From Clostridia bacterium (GTDB lineage: Bacteria > Bacillota > Clostridia > UMGS1883), in assembly GCA_045545295.1 (NCBI GenBank), contig JAZQAO010000036.1, forward strand, positions 139,029 to 203,028: a DNA stretch of 64,000 bases, written 5' to 3'. Position 1 is the first letter of the stretch. Every line of letters starts with the position of its first letter. Below are positions 18,417-28,309 of this stretch, piece after piece. The position numbers were made by a program, and so were the translations under genes. The notes under the pieces were generated by a model. The model worked only from the letters and a program-made list of their open reading frames with translations. It did no database searches and was not told the DNA's origin.

Positions 18417-20852
18417 ATGGAAATCGGATCATTTCTTAAAGGAAAATTGAATAAAAAAACTACATACTCATATTATCACCGCGGTTCAAAAGAACCCTAT
18501 CTCCCGGATAACTTAAAAGAAGAGGCAGAAAAATCTTTCTACAGTGCCGATAACGGAAACCTGTTTTATGAGACGGAGGTTTCGTGGAACGGTTCCCTTC
18601 TCCTCTTTGACGGAATAGATATTTCCTTCAGACTCGGAAGCGAATGCTTTATAGATCATATTGAGCTGGAGCAAGGGAAAAACTCCCATATTAAAAGTGT
18701 GGAAGTTCTGACAAACATTTCGGGAAAACTAAAAAAGATAGGACTGTATAATGGGGAAACCGGAGAATATATTTCAAAAAAGAGCATTGTCATTCCTGTA
18801 GGATTTTATGCAGATAATGTAGTTTTGCGTCTTAACGGTGCGTGCATGGATATAGCCGTAAAAAAGCTTGATATATGGGGTGCATGGGATATAAAAAACA
18901 GTGTATGGCCATTGCCGGAGAGTATCAGCTTTTCAGGGAAATTCCCTCTTTCTGTATTGAAAACTGTAAAAGCAGTTACTGAACAGGAAAAGTTTGCTGC
19001 AGAGTATCTCAGAGAAAAGTTTTTTGAAAAAACAAACATTAATCTTGGAATTGTGTCAGAAAATGCAGACATTTCCCTTGAAATAAAAGGCGACGGAGAA
19101 AAAGATTCTTACTCTCTTATTTCAAAAAGCGGGAAGTGTGATTTGTCTGCAGTAAATAAGAGAAGTCTTCTTTATGCGGCAGATGCACTTTTGCAGCTTG
19201 TTGACGGACAATTTTTGAAGGAAGCGGAAATTTCCCACGAAGATTTTTGTCAGATGCGCGGTGTTCATTTCGGACTTCCGAATAAAAATCAGATTGATTT
19301 TTTAAAGAATATGGTTAAATACGTCTTTGTTCCCGGTCATTACAATATGGCATTTATTGAGGTTGGAGCAGGGTTAAAATATGATAAATTTCCGGAAATA
19401 AACAGAGCATGGACATTATGGAATGAAAAGTACGAAAACGGAGAGGGACCGGAGCCTGTTCATTATAAATTTGTGAGTAAGTATCCCTGGGAAAAAAGCG
19501 AAGTAAGAGAGCTTTGTGAATTTTTTAAAGCTTATGGAATAGAGGTTGTTCCTGAGGTGCAGAGCCTTGGTCATACTCAGTATATAACTTACGCTCATCC
19601 CGAAATGGTGGAAAAGACTCGAGATTATACAGAAAAAAATGACACTGACCTTAATGTTGCCGATGCAATTCCGACAGGGGACTATCACTGCATGTGCCCA
19701 AACCATCCTGAATACTACAATGTTATTTTCGGGGTGCTTGACGAGGTTATAGAAGCATTCCGTCCTGAAAGGTTCGTACATATGGGCCATGACGAGGCTG
19801 TAAATATAGGGAAATGCTCAAGATGCACGGGAAAAGAACGCGGAGATATTTTCGCAAAAGAGGTTAACACTTTAAATCAGTATGTTAAGGGTAAAAATCT
19901 CCGTATGATGATATGGTCAGATATGCTGCAGGACGAGTATTATGCCGCTCCTAAAGCAATAGATAAACTTGACAAAGATATTATTATGCTGGATTTTGTG
20001 TGGTACTTTCATACGGAAGATGATATTGAAGATCGATTGCTGTCACGGGGATTTAACGTTATGATGGGCAATATGTATTCAAGTCATTACACACGATTCG
20101 AAAAAAGAATCCGCAAAGAGGGTATGGTCGGAGCGGAGGTTTCGACCTGGTCTGAATGCAGTGAGCTTTCTTATGCATCAGCCGGCAAAATGTATGAGCT
20201 TGTTATGAGTGCAGCTTCTCTTTCGTCTTGTTCATATAATTCCTCTTTTGCCCTCACTTACAACGAAATTATAAAACCGATTCTTAAAGAGTTAAGGGAA
20301 AAAATCGGAGGTCTTAAATGCGACGGTGAAATAAAGAAGATTGAAACAGGCGGCAGTGAAAGAAACATTCCTTCTGACATACGGGGTATTGTACCATATA
20401 ATAGTGCGGTTGTTTTATCCGAAGATGAAAGTATAAATGAAATAATTGTTGATGATTGCGCGAAGGCTATAAAAGTCACTCACGCAACACTGTTTGACGG
20501 GAAAAGAAAATCAGCAGTAAGAAAAGACCTTTATAAAACTGCAGTTTACGAAATAGTTTATGAAGACGGCTCATCTTACGAAGAAAATATATATTACGGA
20601 GGCGGTATCTACAGCTATCACAGCGCATACGGAACTCCGATAAAGCTTGCCATGTACCGCCATGTAGGTTATGGCGGTACTTATATGGCAACACCTGAAT
20701 GCGGAAAGACCCATTCAGGAGAAGATTATACATTATACAGCTACTCGTTTAAAAATCCTGAACCTTCAAAGAAAATAATGCTTCTCAGATTAAAATATTG
20801 CGGGGAAGCGCAGACAGATTCAGTTATATTCAATATAGAGCTTATGGCTTAA
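18417..20852 (+). CDS. GH20-related glycosidase (putative beta-N-acetylhexosaminidase-like), 811 aa
   Basis: MRGVHFGLP, IEVVPEVQSLGHTQ and FVHMGHDEAV resemble the GH20 R-x-x-D, PE.D.PGH and H-x-G-x-D-E blocks. No signal peptide. RBS AAGGAG. Confidence 0.5.
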   Translation: MEIGSFLKGKLNKKTTYSYYHRGSKEPYLPDNLKEEAEKSFYSADNGNLFYETEVSWNGSLLLFDGIDISFRLGSECFIDHIELEQGKNSHIKSVEVLTNISGKLKKIGLYNGETGEYISKKSIVIPVGFYADNVVLRLNGACMDIAVKKLDIWGAWDIKNSVWPLPESISFSGKFPLSVLKTVKAVTEQEKFAAEYLREKFFEKTNINLGIVSENADISLEIKGDGEKDSYSLISKSGKCDLSAVNKRSLLYAADALLQLVDGQFLKEAEISHEDFCQMRGVHFGLPNKNQIDFLKNMVKYVFVPGHYNMAFIEVGAGLKYDKFPEINRAWTLWNEKYENGEGPEPVHYKFVSKYPWEKSEVRELCEFFKAYGIEVVPEVQSLGHTQYITYAHPEMVEKTRDYTEKNDTDLNVADAIPTGDYHCMCPNHPEYYNVIFGVLDEVIEAFRPERFVHMGHDEAVNIGKCSRCTGKERGDIFAKEVNTLNQYVKGKNLRMMIWSDMLQDEYYAAPKAIDKLDKDIIMLDFVWYFHTEDDIEDRLLSRGFNVMMGNMYSSHYTRFEKRIRKEGMVGAEVSTWSECSELSYASAGKMYELVMSAASLSSCSYNSSFALTYNEIIKPILKELREKIGGLKCDGEIKKIETGGSERNIPSDIRGIVPYNSAVVLSEDESINEIIVDDCAKAIKVTHATLFDGKRKSAVRKDLYKTAVYEIVYEDGSSYEENIYYGGGIYSYHSAYGTPIKLAMYRHVGYGGTYMATPECGKTHSGEDYTLYSYSFKNPEPSKKIMLLRLKYCGEAQTDSVIFNIELMA

Positions 20853-20865
20853 AAGAGGTAGAAAA

Positions 20866-21750
20866 ATGGTTTATATAATTTTAATTGCAGCAACACTTAT
20901 GTGTTCGGGAAAAGCTCTTGTAACAAAAATAATCGGAAATGCCGCAAAAACGCCCCACGATGTGCTTTTGCTTAACAGTGCATTGTTTCTGGTGGGCGCA
21001 GCAGCCGCGGGAATTACGGGAGCCGGAAATCTGGAAATAATGACAGAAGTGTCGGGAGTTTCACTTTTATTGGCAGCAGTTCTTTCGTTCTTTCTGCTGT
21101 TCACGATTATAATGCAGATTTATGCAATGAATAACGGCCCCGTTTCTCTGGGAACGTTGATATACTCTTTGGGATTTCTCGTTCCCATATTTTACAGTGC
21201 TGCATTTCTTGGTGAAGATATGTCTGTGGCTCAGTGCTTTGGAGTATTACTTATAATAGTATCTCTTGTGATGATTGTTCCACCTGAAAAAGGGCAAAAA
21301 TTTTCGTTTATGTGGATAACGTTTGCTTTTCTTGCCATGCTTGGCTCGGGAACAAGTGCGGTTGTACAGAAAATCCACCAGAATACTGCTTTTAAGGATG
21401 AATTGAGCGCATTTGTCTTATATTCGTTTTTATTTGCGTCCGCTCTTGCGCTGATAGCATCGGTAATTGCAAAAAAAGCCTTCCGCGGAGAAAGATATGC
21501 GCTGTTTGACCGAAAGGGTGTGATATGGCTTATATTGATAAGCGGTATGATAGTAGGCTTTATGAATGTAGCAAATACAAATCTTGCAGGGAAGCTTCCT
21601 GCAATAATACAATTTCCTGTGTATAACATCGGCTCCATGATAATTACTGCAATTCTTGGGAAAATAGTTTTCAAGGATAATTTGTCAAAAAGAAAGCTTC
21701 TGGGATTTGTACTTGGACTTGTAGCGGTAACAATAATAGGATTAACATAA
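20866..21750 (+). CDS. DMT/EamA-like 10-TM permease
   Basis: 294 aa, hydrophobic throughout with about 10 predicted helices. It has a similar layout to ORF 45946..46794. Confidence 0.55.
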   Translation: MVYIILIAATLMCSGKALVTKIIGNAAKTPHDVLLLNSALFLVGAAAAGITGAGNLEIMTEVSGVSLLLAAVLSFFLLFTIIMQIYAMNNGPVSLGTLIYSLGFLVPIFYSAAFLGEDMSVAQCFGVLLIIVSLVMIVPPEKGQKFSFMWITFAFLAMLGSGTSAVVQKIHQNTAFKDELSAFVLYSFLFASALALIASVIAKKAFRGERYALFDRKGVIWLILISGMIVGFMNVANTNLAGKLPAIIQFPVYNIGSMIITAILGKIVFKDNLSKRKLLGFVLGLVAVTIIGLT

Positions 21751-21764
21751 GGGAGGTTTTTTAT

Positions 21765-24185
21765 ATGATAAGTAATAATAAAACAGTTTTAAAAATAAAA
21801 GCAGGAAAAGTATCTGACGGTTTTTCTGCAGAAATCATTTCTGAAAAAGAAATAAGCGAAATAAATTGGAATATTACTGATAACGATACTGTAGTTATGA
21901 AGGGTGAGTCAGAAAGCACAACTGTAAGTGCAATTTTAGATGCTAAACCTTGGTCTGTAGAAAGCCCTGTGCTTTATACATTTAATGCTATCATTACATA
22001 TAAAAACGGAGAAAAGGAAGAACTGAGTGATAGATTTGGTTTCCGTTGGTTTGAAACTGATGAAAAGTACATCTACCTTAACGGCTATCCCTTTTATATG
22101 CGTGCATATATCCGCGGTGCCGCAGCTCACGAGCATCAGAATAACTGCAATCTTTCCGAATACGAATTTTATAAAAAGAATATCCGTATGGCAAAAAGCT
22201 ACGGCTTTAACACAATCCGTTTTCACTCTGTTATTCCTCCGGAGGAATGCTTTTGTGCGGCAGACGAAGAGGGTATTCTTATTCATATAGAAATGCGTAA
22301 GGAAAATGACGACTATAACAATCTTCAGGAAATGCTTTACGGTAAAAATGACTTTATAACAGACGATGCACTTCTTGAAATTATACATAATCTTTATAAT
22401 CATCCATCGTTTATGGTTTACTGTGTAGGTAACGAAATCCGCGAACCGGGCAAGAAACCGAGAATCAAGGAAATCCGTGACTTTATAAAAAAACACGACC
22501 CTGCACGTCTTTTCATAGACACCTGTGCACACGGTGAATATGACCGTGACGGTGTTGATTTTGACGTTCAGCATATGGGTTATTTCTTCCCTTACGGAAG
22601 ATATGCCGATATGTTCAGTAATACCGATAACCTTCTTTGCTTCGGTACAGTCAATAACCGTGAAATGGTGAAAGAAACTGAAAATGCAAAAATCCGCAGA
22701 GGAATAGAGTTTAAAAGACCTCTTATAGCTCACGAAGTATGTCACTATACCTCGTGGAGAGATTACTATGCCCTTAAAGAAAAGTTTGAAAAGTATGGTG
22801 TTCCTGCACCCTGGTGGGTTGAGGAAGAAATAAAGATGATTGAAGCAAAGGGTTATAAGGATAACTTCAAGGAAACCTTGCAGATAACAAAGGACTATCA
22901 GTTCCGTTGTTGGAAAACTGCACTTGAGGGAATAAGAGCAAGCCATCTTTTGTCAGGTTTCCACATGCTTCAGTTTGCAGATACAGATAAGTACGAAAAC
23001 TCAAACGGTGTTGTAGATTGCTTTGATGATCCTCACGGAATCAGTCAGGAGGAATTTCGTAAATTCAATGCAGACACCGTAGTTCTTGCAAGACTTCCAA
23101 AACAGGTGTATACAGCAGGGGAAGAGGTTAAAATCCCCGTTCTTCTTTCACAATATATGATAAATCCACCAAAAAGCGGAGAATTCAGCTACATTCTTGA
23201 GGGAGAGACGCTGTATAGCGAAGGAACACTTGCCGATACAGATACGGGAAATTCAGGCATACACGAAGTATGCTCACTTGAAATCAAACTTCCCGAAGTG
23301 ACAAAGGCAGAAAAACTTACTCTCTCTTGCAAAATAGATTTTGAAGACGGTAGTAAGTGCCTTAACAGCTGGGAAATGTGGGTGTTTCCCGAAATGGAAA
23401 ATACCGTGTCCGCAACCGTTAAAATGGACGGAGATTACATAACAGCAGAAGATGACGATAATCTTATTATCACAGACCGACTTAACGAAGAATTTTTCGG
23501 GGACCTTGAATGTGGCAAAACTGTAATGCTTATCTACAGAACAAGCTGGACAAGGCATCTTCTTGACAAAACTCAGAGAGCACCTGAGTATGCTTTCCGA
23601 GCAGTGTGGGACCGTTACAAGGGCGTAATATGGGACAGAGGCACAATTAACGGCGGTAAGGATGATAAAGAAATACTTAATAAATACGGCTTTTGTACCG
23701 ACGGTCAGCTTAATTTCCAGTATTATGACCTGATAAACGACAGTGACAAAATAAATCTTGACGACTTCCCCGTTGCGGCAAAGTCGATCGTAAGCTGCCT
23801 TGATAAGGCTAACCGTGACAGATTCGATGCTACAAAATTCAGACTTCCTGAATTGATGTACGACAGAACAATGCGTCACTTCAGTTATGTGTTTGAATTA
23901 AAGATAGGTAAAGGAAAGCTCCTTGTTTGCGGATTCAATTTTACAAATATGGAAAACCCGGCAGTAAAAGCAATGCTTAATACTCTTGTAAACTACTGTA
24001 AATCGGATGACTTCAATCCCGAAGCAGAAATTACTGCGGGAGATTTAAAAGCATATCTTAAAAAAGTTGCTCAGAGCGGACCTAATAAAGAAGGTATGAT
24101 GACACAATACTGGCAGCTTGACGCAGAGCCTGTAGAGTCAATGGACTACTGGGAAGAGTCGGAAAGGTATTTAAGAGAGGATTAA
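21765..24185 (+). CDS. GH2-like glycoside hydrolase (clan GH-A), paralog of 25511..28291
   Basis: RFGFRWFE..IYLNGYPFYMRAYIRG, YGFNTIRFHS and CVGNEI (NE acid/base) are arranged as in GH2. The C-terminal block LLVCGFNFTNMENPAVKAML..DFNPEAEI parallels LLVCSLNLNETDPGAMWL..DFNPKDTI in the paralog. Confidence 0.6.
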   Translation: MISNNKTVLKIKAGKVSDGFSAEIISEKEISEINWNITDNDTVVMKGESESTTVSAILDAKPWSVESPVLYTFNAIITYKNGEKEELSDRFGFRWFETDEKYIYLNGYPFYMRAYIRGAAAHEHQNNCNLSEYEFYKKNIRMAKSYGFNTIRFHSVIPPEECFCAADEEGILIHIEMRKENDDYNNLQEMLYGKNDFITDDALLEIIHNLYNHPSFMVYCVGNEIREPGKKPRIKEIRDFIKKHDPARLFIDTCAHGEYDRDGVDFDVQHMGYFFPYGRYADMFSNTDNLLCFGTVNNREMVKETENAKIRRGIEFKRPLIAHEVCHYTSWRDYYALKEKFEKYGVPAPWWVEEEIKMIEAKGYKDNFKETLQITKDYQFRCWKTALEGIRASHLLSGFHMLQFADTDKYENSNGVVDCFDDPHGISQEEFRKFNADTVVLARLPKQVYTAGEEVKIPVLLSQYMINPPKSGEFSYILEGETLYSEGTLADTDTGNSGIHEVCSLEIKLPEVTKAEKLTLSCKIDFEDGSKCLNSWEMWVFPEMENTVSATVKMDGDYITAEDDDNLIITDRLNEEFFGDLECGKTVMLIYRTSWTRHLLDKTQRAPEYAFRAVWDRYKGVIWDRGTINGGKDDKEILNKYGFCTDGQLNFQYYDLINDSDKINLDDFPVAAKSIVSCLDKANRDRFDATKFRLPELMYDRTMRHFSYVFELKIGKGKLLVCGFNFTNMENPAVKAMLNTLVNYCKSDDFNPEAEITAGDLKAYLKKVAQSGPNKEGMMTQYWQLDAEPVESMDYWEESERYLRED

Positions 24186-24200
24186 ATTTTGGAGGAAAAT

Positions 24201-24713
24201 ATGGCGACAGTTTCGTACATAGCATCAATGATTGCGACGGTTCTCGGACTTATAGAGCCGTTCGGCAAAAAAATGAAAACAATTTTAACACTTAATTTTC
24301 TTGGAAACCTGCTTGTGGGTTTAAGCTACCTTATGGTAGGACAGAAAAGCGGTGCACTGATTTGCTTTACAGCATGTGTGCAGGTACTTATAAACTACAC
24401 CTTTGACGCACGTGGCAAAAAGCTTCCCTTATGGCTTATAATTGTGCACGCAGTGGTATTTCTGGCAGTAAATATACTGACCTTTGCAGCGTGGTTTGAT
24501 ATTTTTGCTCTTGTTGCGGCAATGCTTTTTGTATTGAGTGTTGCACAAAACAGTGCAAAGTATTACAGAGTGCTTTATGTGTCAAATTCCCTTGTATGGA
24601 TAGCGTATGATTTTCTTGCGAAAGCCTACGGAAACCTTGTTACACATATTGTGCTTTTTATAGCAACGGGAATTGCAATTATCATCAGAGATAAAAGAAA
24701 AAAGGCGGAATAA
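24201..24713 (+). CDS. Small polytopic membrane protein, YgjV-like
   Basis: The ATG at 24201 sits 6 nt after GGAGGA; the track start at 24189 is a TTG inside the RBS. About 5-6 hydrophobic helices and a basic tail RDKRKKAE. Confidence 0.4.
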   Translation: MATVSYIASMIATVLGLIEPFGKKMKTILTLNFLGNLLVGLSYLMVGQKSGALICFTACVQVLINYTFDARGKKLPLWLIIVHAVVFLAVNILTFAAWFDIFALVAAMLFVLSVAQNSAKYYRVLYVSNSLVWIAYDFLAKAYGNLVTHIVLFIATGIAIIIRDKRKKAE

Positions 24714-24716
24714 ATT

Positions 24717-25469
24717 ATGAAACAGGAAGAAATTTTTATTAAATCAACACTTGACGGCACAATGCAGCCATCACTCTTATACCGCAGTAAAAATGCGGGA
24801 AGACCGCTTCTTGTAGGTCTTCATACATGGAGCTATGACAGATTTAATCAGGTGTATAGTATGGTGGAATCGGCTGAAAAATATGACTTTAATCTGATTC
24901 TGCCGGAATTCCGTGGGCCTAACCTTACGGAAAATCCTATCCGTACAGAGGCTTGCGGTTCACTTCTTGCAAAGCAGGATATTAAGGATGCAGTAGATTA
25001 CTGCGTAAAAGAGCTGGATATAGACAGAGACAATATCTTTCTTCTCGGTGCAAGCGGTGGCGGACATATGGCACTTCTTATGGCAGGCTTCTGCCCGGAG
25101 TATTTCAAAGCTATAGGTGCGTTTGTAGGAATAACAGACCTTGAAAAATGGGCAGATGAAAACGACGAATATACAGAGCACATCCTTGCCTGCTGCAGTA
25201 ATGACAAGGAAGAAATGAAAAAACGCTCTCCCATGAGCTATGTGGAAACAATCGCAAAAGCAAACCTTAAGATTTTCCACGGAAAATACGATAACTCTGT
25301 GCCGTTTACTCACAGTATGAAACTTTATAATGAAATAATTTCAAACTATCCCGAGGCAAGAGTGTATCTTGAAATATTTGACGGCGGTCATACTATGGAT
25401 ATGGAAGATGCAATGAGGTGGATTTTGTCCCAGTATAAAAAAGTTGAGAAAAAGACAGTAACGGGTTAA
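24717..25469 (+). CDS. Alpha/beta hydrolase (S9 peptidase or carbohydrate esterase-like)
   Basis: GASGGGHMAL (GxSxG nucleophile elbow), later FHGKYDNSVP and FDGGH, compatible with a Ser-Asp-His triad. Confidence 0.55.
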   Translation: MKQEEIFIKSTLDGTMQPSLLYRSKNAGRPLLVGLHTWSYDRFNQVYSMVESAEKYDFNLILPEFRGPNLTENPIRTEACGSLLAKQDIKDAVDYCVKELDIDRDNIFLLGASGGGHMALLMAGFCPEYFKAIGAFVGITDLEKWADENDEYTEHILACCSNDKEEMKKRSPMSYVETIAKANLKIFHGKYDNSVPFTHSMKLYNEIISNYPEARVYLEIFDGGHTMDMEDAMRWILSQYKKVEKKTVTG

Positions 25470-25510
25470 AGTTAATTAGCGAAAAACATCCAACTGAAAG
25501 GAAATCACAT

Positions 25511-28291
25511 ATGTATAAATCATTTTCATTAAACGGAGCATGGGAAATGCATTATCAGGAAGAAAGATATACTGATAAAGTAAATCCCTTTAAAGGAATA
25601 TATGTGGAAGAAGATGCCGCAGGCACAGAGCCTGAGGCTATAAGTATTGACATAATTGAAAACGCAGTGCCTGCCTATTGGGAGGATATGACAGAGTCTT
25701 TCAGGCTTACCTCCTTTTTCGGTAAGCTCAGAATAAATCCGGAATACGGTCTGCAGAGCTATCCAATTGCAGGAAATGCCCCCGATATGGCACTTCCCAA
25801 TATTATGGGAACATTCTTCTACCGCAGAAGCTTTGAATGGGTTAATGTGGAAAATGATACAGTAATTCATTTTGACGGTGTGCAGAATACTGCTTATGTG
25901 TGGATAAATGACATATTTCTCGGCTATCATGAGGGGTATAGCACTCCCTTTGATATAGAAATCCCAAAAGGTATTCTTAAAGACGGAAATAACGAAATAG
26001 TTATATCTGTTTCAAACCATAGACTTAAAGGATATATGGATGAGCCTGTGTCGGGTCTTACAAGCCGTGCGGCAAATGAATATACAGGCGGAATAACAGG
26101 CGATGTTGAATTAAGAGTGTATAACTGCCCCTTAAGGGATGCCGCTGTTTTAATCTCTGATGATTGCACTACTGCCTGTGTCACTGTTGAAATGACGGAA
26201 AAAACAACTTTCACATGGAAAGTTTGTGACAATGAAAAAATAGTAAAAGAGGGAACAGGAGACGGTGACTTTTCTTTTTGTACTGACGGCATGGAGTGTT
26301 GGTCACCTGAAAATCCAAAGCTTTATGAATTGAAAATAATTTGCGGAGAAAGCGAGCTTATACAAGAATTCGGCATCCGCAAACTTACTGCAGACGGTGT
26401 AAAGTTTAAGCTTAATAATACCCCGTACTATCTTCGCGGAATATGCGAGCATTGCTATTTCCCCGAAACAATTCATCCCAATCACGACTATAATTACTAC
26501 AAAAGCATAATAAAGACGATAAAAAAGCTTGGCTTCAACTTTATCCGTTTTCATACATATATTCCCGAGGAAGAATATATGAAAGCCGCCGATGAGCTTG
26601 GAATTCTTCTTCACGTGGAATGTCCCAACAATACTACTGTTTCCGAGTGGGAGAAAATCGTAAAATTCTGCAGAAAGCACACTTCTGTAGTTATTTACTG
26701 CTGCGGTAACGAGCTTTTAATTGATGAGCCTTTTATAGAATACCTAAACGAATGTGCAGACGAAGTACATAATAACACAGACGCATTATTTTCACCTATG
26801 AATGCACTTCGCGGACTTGAATATTTCTGGGTTGAAAAGGAGCAGGAAAAGTATACAAAGGAGACGCCATTCAAGCACCATCCAAAACGTTTTGAAAAAC
26901 TTTCAAAATTCAGTGATATGTATTCTACTTATACAAACGGAAACCACAGCTATTTTTCACTTAACTGCGATGCAAAGAAAATGGATGAGTGGAGCGTTGT
27001 CTATAACAAACCCCGTGTAAGCCACGAAATATGTATAGACGGAACATATACAGACCTTAGCCTTAAAGACAGATATAAAGGTACAAGAGTAGGAAAAACA
27101 GATATGTTCACCTCACTTGAACGTCATCTTGAAAGTAAAGGACTGCTTGCTAAAGCACCGTTATATTTTAAAAACTCTTCACAGTGGCAGAGAAGAGTAA
27201 GAAAGTACTGCTTTGAACAGGTGCGACAAAGTGACCTTATTTCAGGCTATGACTTCCTCGGTCCTATTGATACACACTGGCATACATTTGGCTATGATGT
27301 AGGTATGATGAATGAGTTTTATGAATTAAAACCGGGAGAAACTGAAAGAAATGTGCTGATGTATAATTCCCCTACAGTTCTTCTTTCAAGCCTTGGTAAG
27401 AAGAGAAACTTTAAATCAGGTGAAAAACTAAATTGTAAAATTTCAGTTTCTCACTACGGAAAAGGAAATATCAAGGACGCAGTTCTTGAAGTAAAACTCC
27501 TTATAGGCGGAGAGGTAGCCGAAAGACAATCTGCAGAAGTTAAAGAAATAGAAAACGGCAAAGTGGTTGAAATATTTGACTTCAGTTGTACTTTACCAAA
27601 AGCAGATAAACCAAAAAAAGCAACACTTTATGTGTCACTTAACGGTGAGGGTATATTTGCAGAAAACCAGTGGGAGCTTTACATATTCCCCGAAAAGGAA
27701 TACACAGAGGAAAACATTACAGTTCTCAAAGATACAGAGCTTGATGAACTTACAAAGCTTCTTGAAAACGGCAAGGATGTGCTTTTACTTACATCAAAGC
27801 CATTTAAGGGAATTCCCACAAGTTACCGAATAGCACTTGCGGGAAGAACATCGGGAAATCTTGCAACAGTTGTAAGTGACCATCCTTTATTAAAAGATAT
27901 ACCCCATGAAGGCTTCTGCGGATGGCAGTTCGGTGATATGCTTGAAGGGGGAGAAGCAGTATGCTTTGAGGCAGATGTTCCCTTCAATCCCATTGTAGAA
28001 GTTGTTTCAACACATAAATATGCAATAAAGCAGGCAGCACTGTTTGAATTCAAGGCACTTAACGGAAGACTGCTTGTATGCTCATTAAACTTAAATGAAA
28101 CTGATCCCGGAGCAATGTGGCTTAAAGCGAGACTTACGGAATATATGAGAAGTGAAGATTTTAACCCTAAAGACACAATTGACGAAAAAGGACTTATTGC
28201 ACTCTCAAACAGTAAGGTTGTAAAAACTGCAGGCAATACAAACCTTGCCTTTAATCCTAACGACAAGACCGCTATGAGAAAGAAAAGATAA
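25511..28291 (+). CDS. GH2-like glycoside hydrolase, 926 aa
   Basis: FFYRRSFEW, HFDGVQNTAYVWINDIFLGYHEGYSTPFDIEI (GH2 sugar-binding domain pattern), FNFIRFHTYIP and CCGNEL. Confidence 0.65.
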   Translation: MYKSFSLNGAWEMHYQEERYTDKVNPFKGIYVEEDAAGTEPEAISIDIIENAVPAYWEDMTESFRLTSFFGKLRINPEYGLQSYPIAGNAPDMALPNIMGTFFYRRSFEWVNVENDTVIHFDGVQNTAYVWINDIFLGYHEGYSTPFDIEIPKGILKDGNNEIVISVSNHRLKGYMDEPVSGLTSRAANEYTGGITGDVELRVYNCPLRDAAVLISDDCTTACVTVEMTEKTTFTWKVCDNEKIVKEGTGDGDFSFCTDGMECWSPENPKLYELKIICGESELIQEFGIRKLTADGVKFKLNNTPYYLRGICEHCYFPETIHPNHDYNYYKSIIKTIKKLGFNFIRFHTYIPEEEYMKAADELGILLHVECPNNTTVSEWEKIVKFCRKHTSVVIYCCGNELLIDEPFIEYLNECADEVHNNTDALFSPMNALRGLEYFWVEKEQEKYTKETPFKHHPKRFEKLSKFSDMYSTYTNGNHSYFSLNCDAKKMDEWSVVYNKPRVSHEICIDGTYTDLSLKDRYKGTRVGKTDMFTSLERHLESKGLLAKAPLYFKNSSQWQRRVRKYCFEQVRQSDLISGYDFLGPIDTHWHTFGYDVGMMNEFYELKPGETERNVLMYNSPTVLLSSLGKKRNFKSGEKLNCKISVSHYGKGNIKDAVLEVKLLIGGEVAERQSAEVKEIENGKVVEIFDFSCTLPKADKPKKATLYVSLNGEGIFAENQWELYIFPEKEYTEENITVLKDTELDELTKLLENGKDVLLLTSKPFKGIPTSYRIALAGRTSGNLATVVSDHPLLKDIPHEGFCGWQFGDMLEGGEAVCFEADVPFNPIVEVVSTHKYAIKQAALFEFKALNGRLLVCSLNLNETDPGAMWLKARLTEYMRSEDFNPKDTIDEKGLIALSNSKVVKTAGNTNLAFNPNDKTAMRKKR

Positions 28292-28309
28292 AAGAAAAGG
28301 AGAAGTATT

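Noticed and set aside
21936-22946. Long antisense ORFs: 21936..22946(-) of 336 aa, plus 39043..39744(-), 52338..53246(-), 34831..35373(-) and 10074..10598(-).
   Set aside because: Each lies fully antisense to a gene with strong family motifs. They have C/F/I/K/S-rich, low-complexity composition and no RBS, as is typical of shadow ORFs in AT-rich coding DNA.
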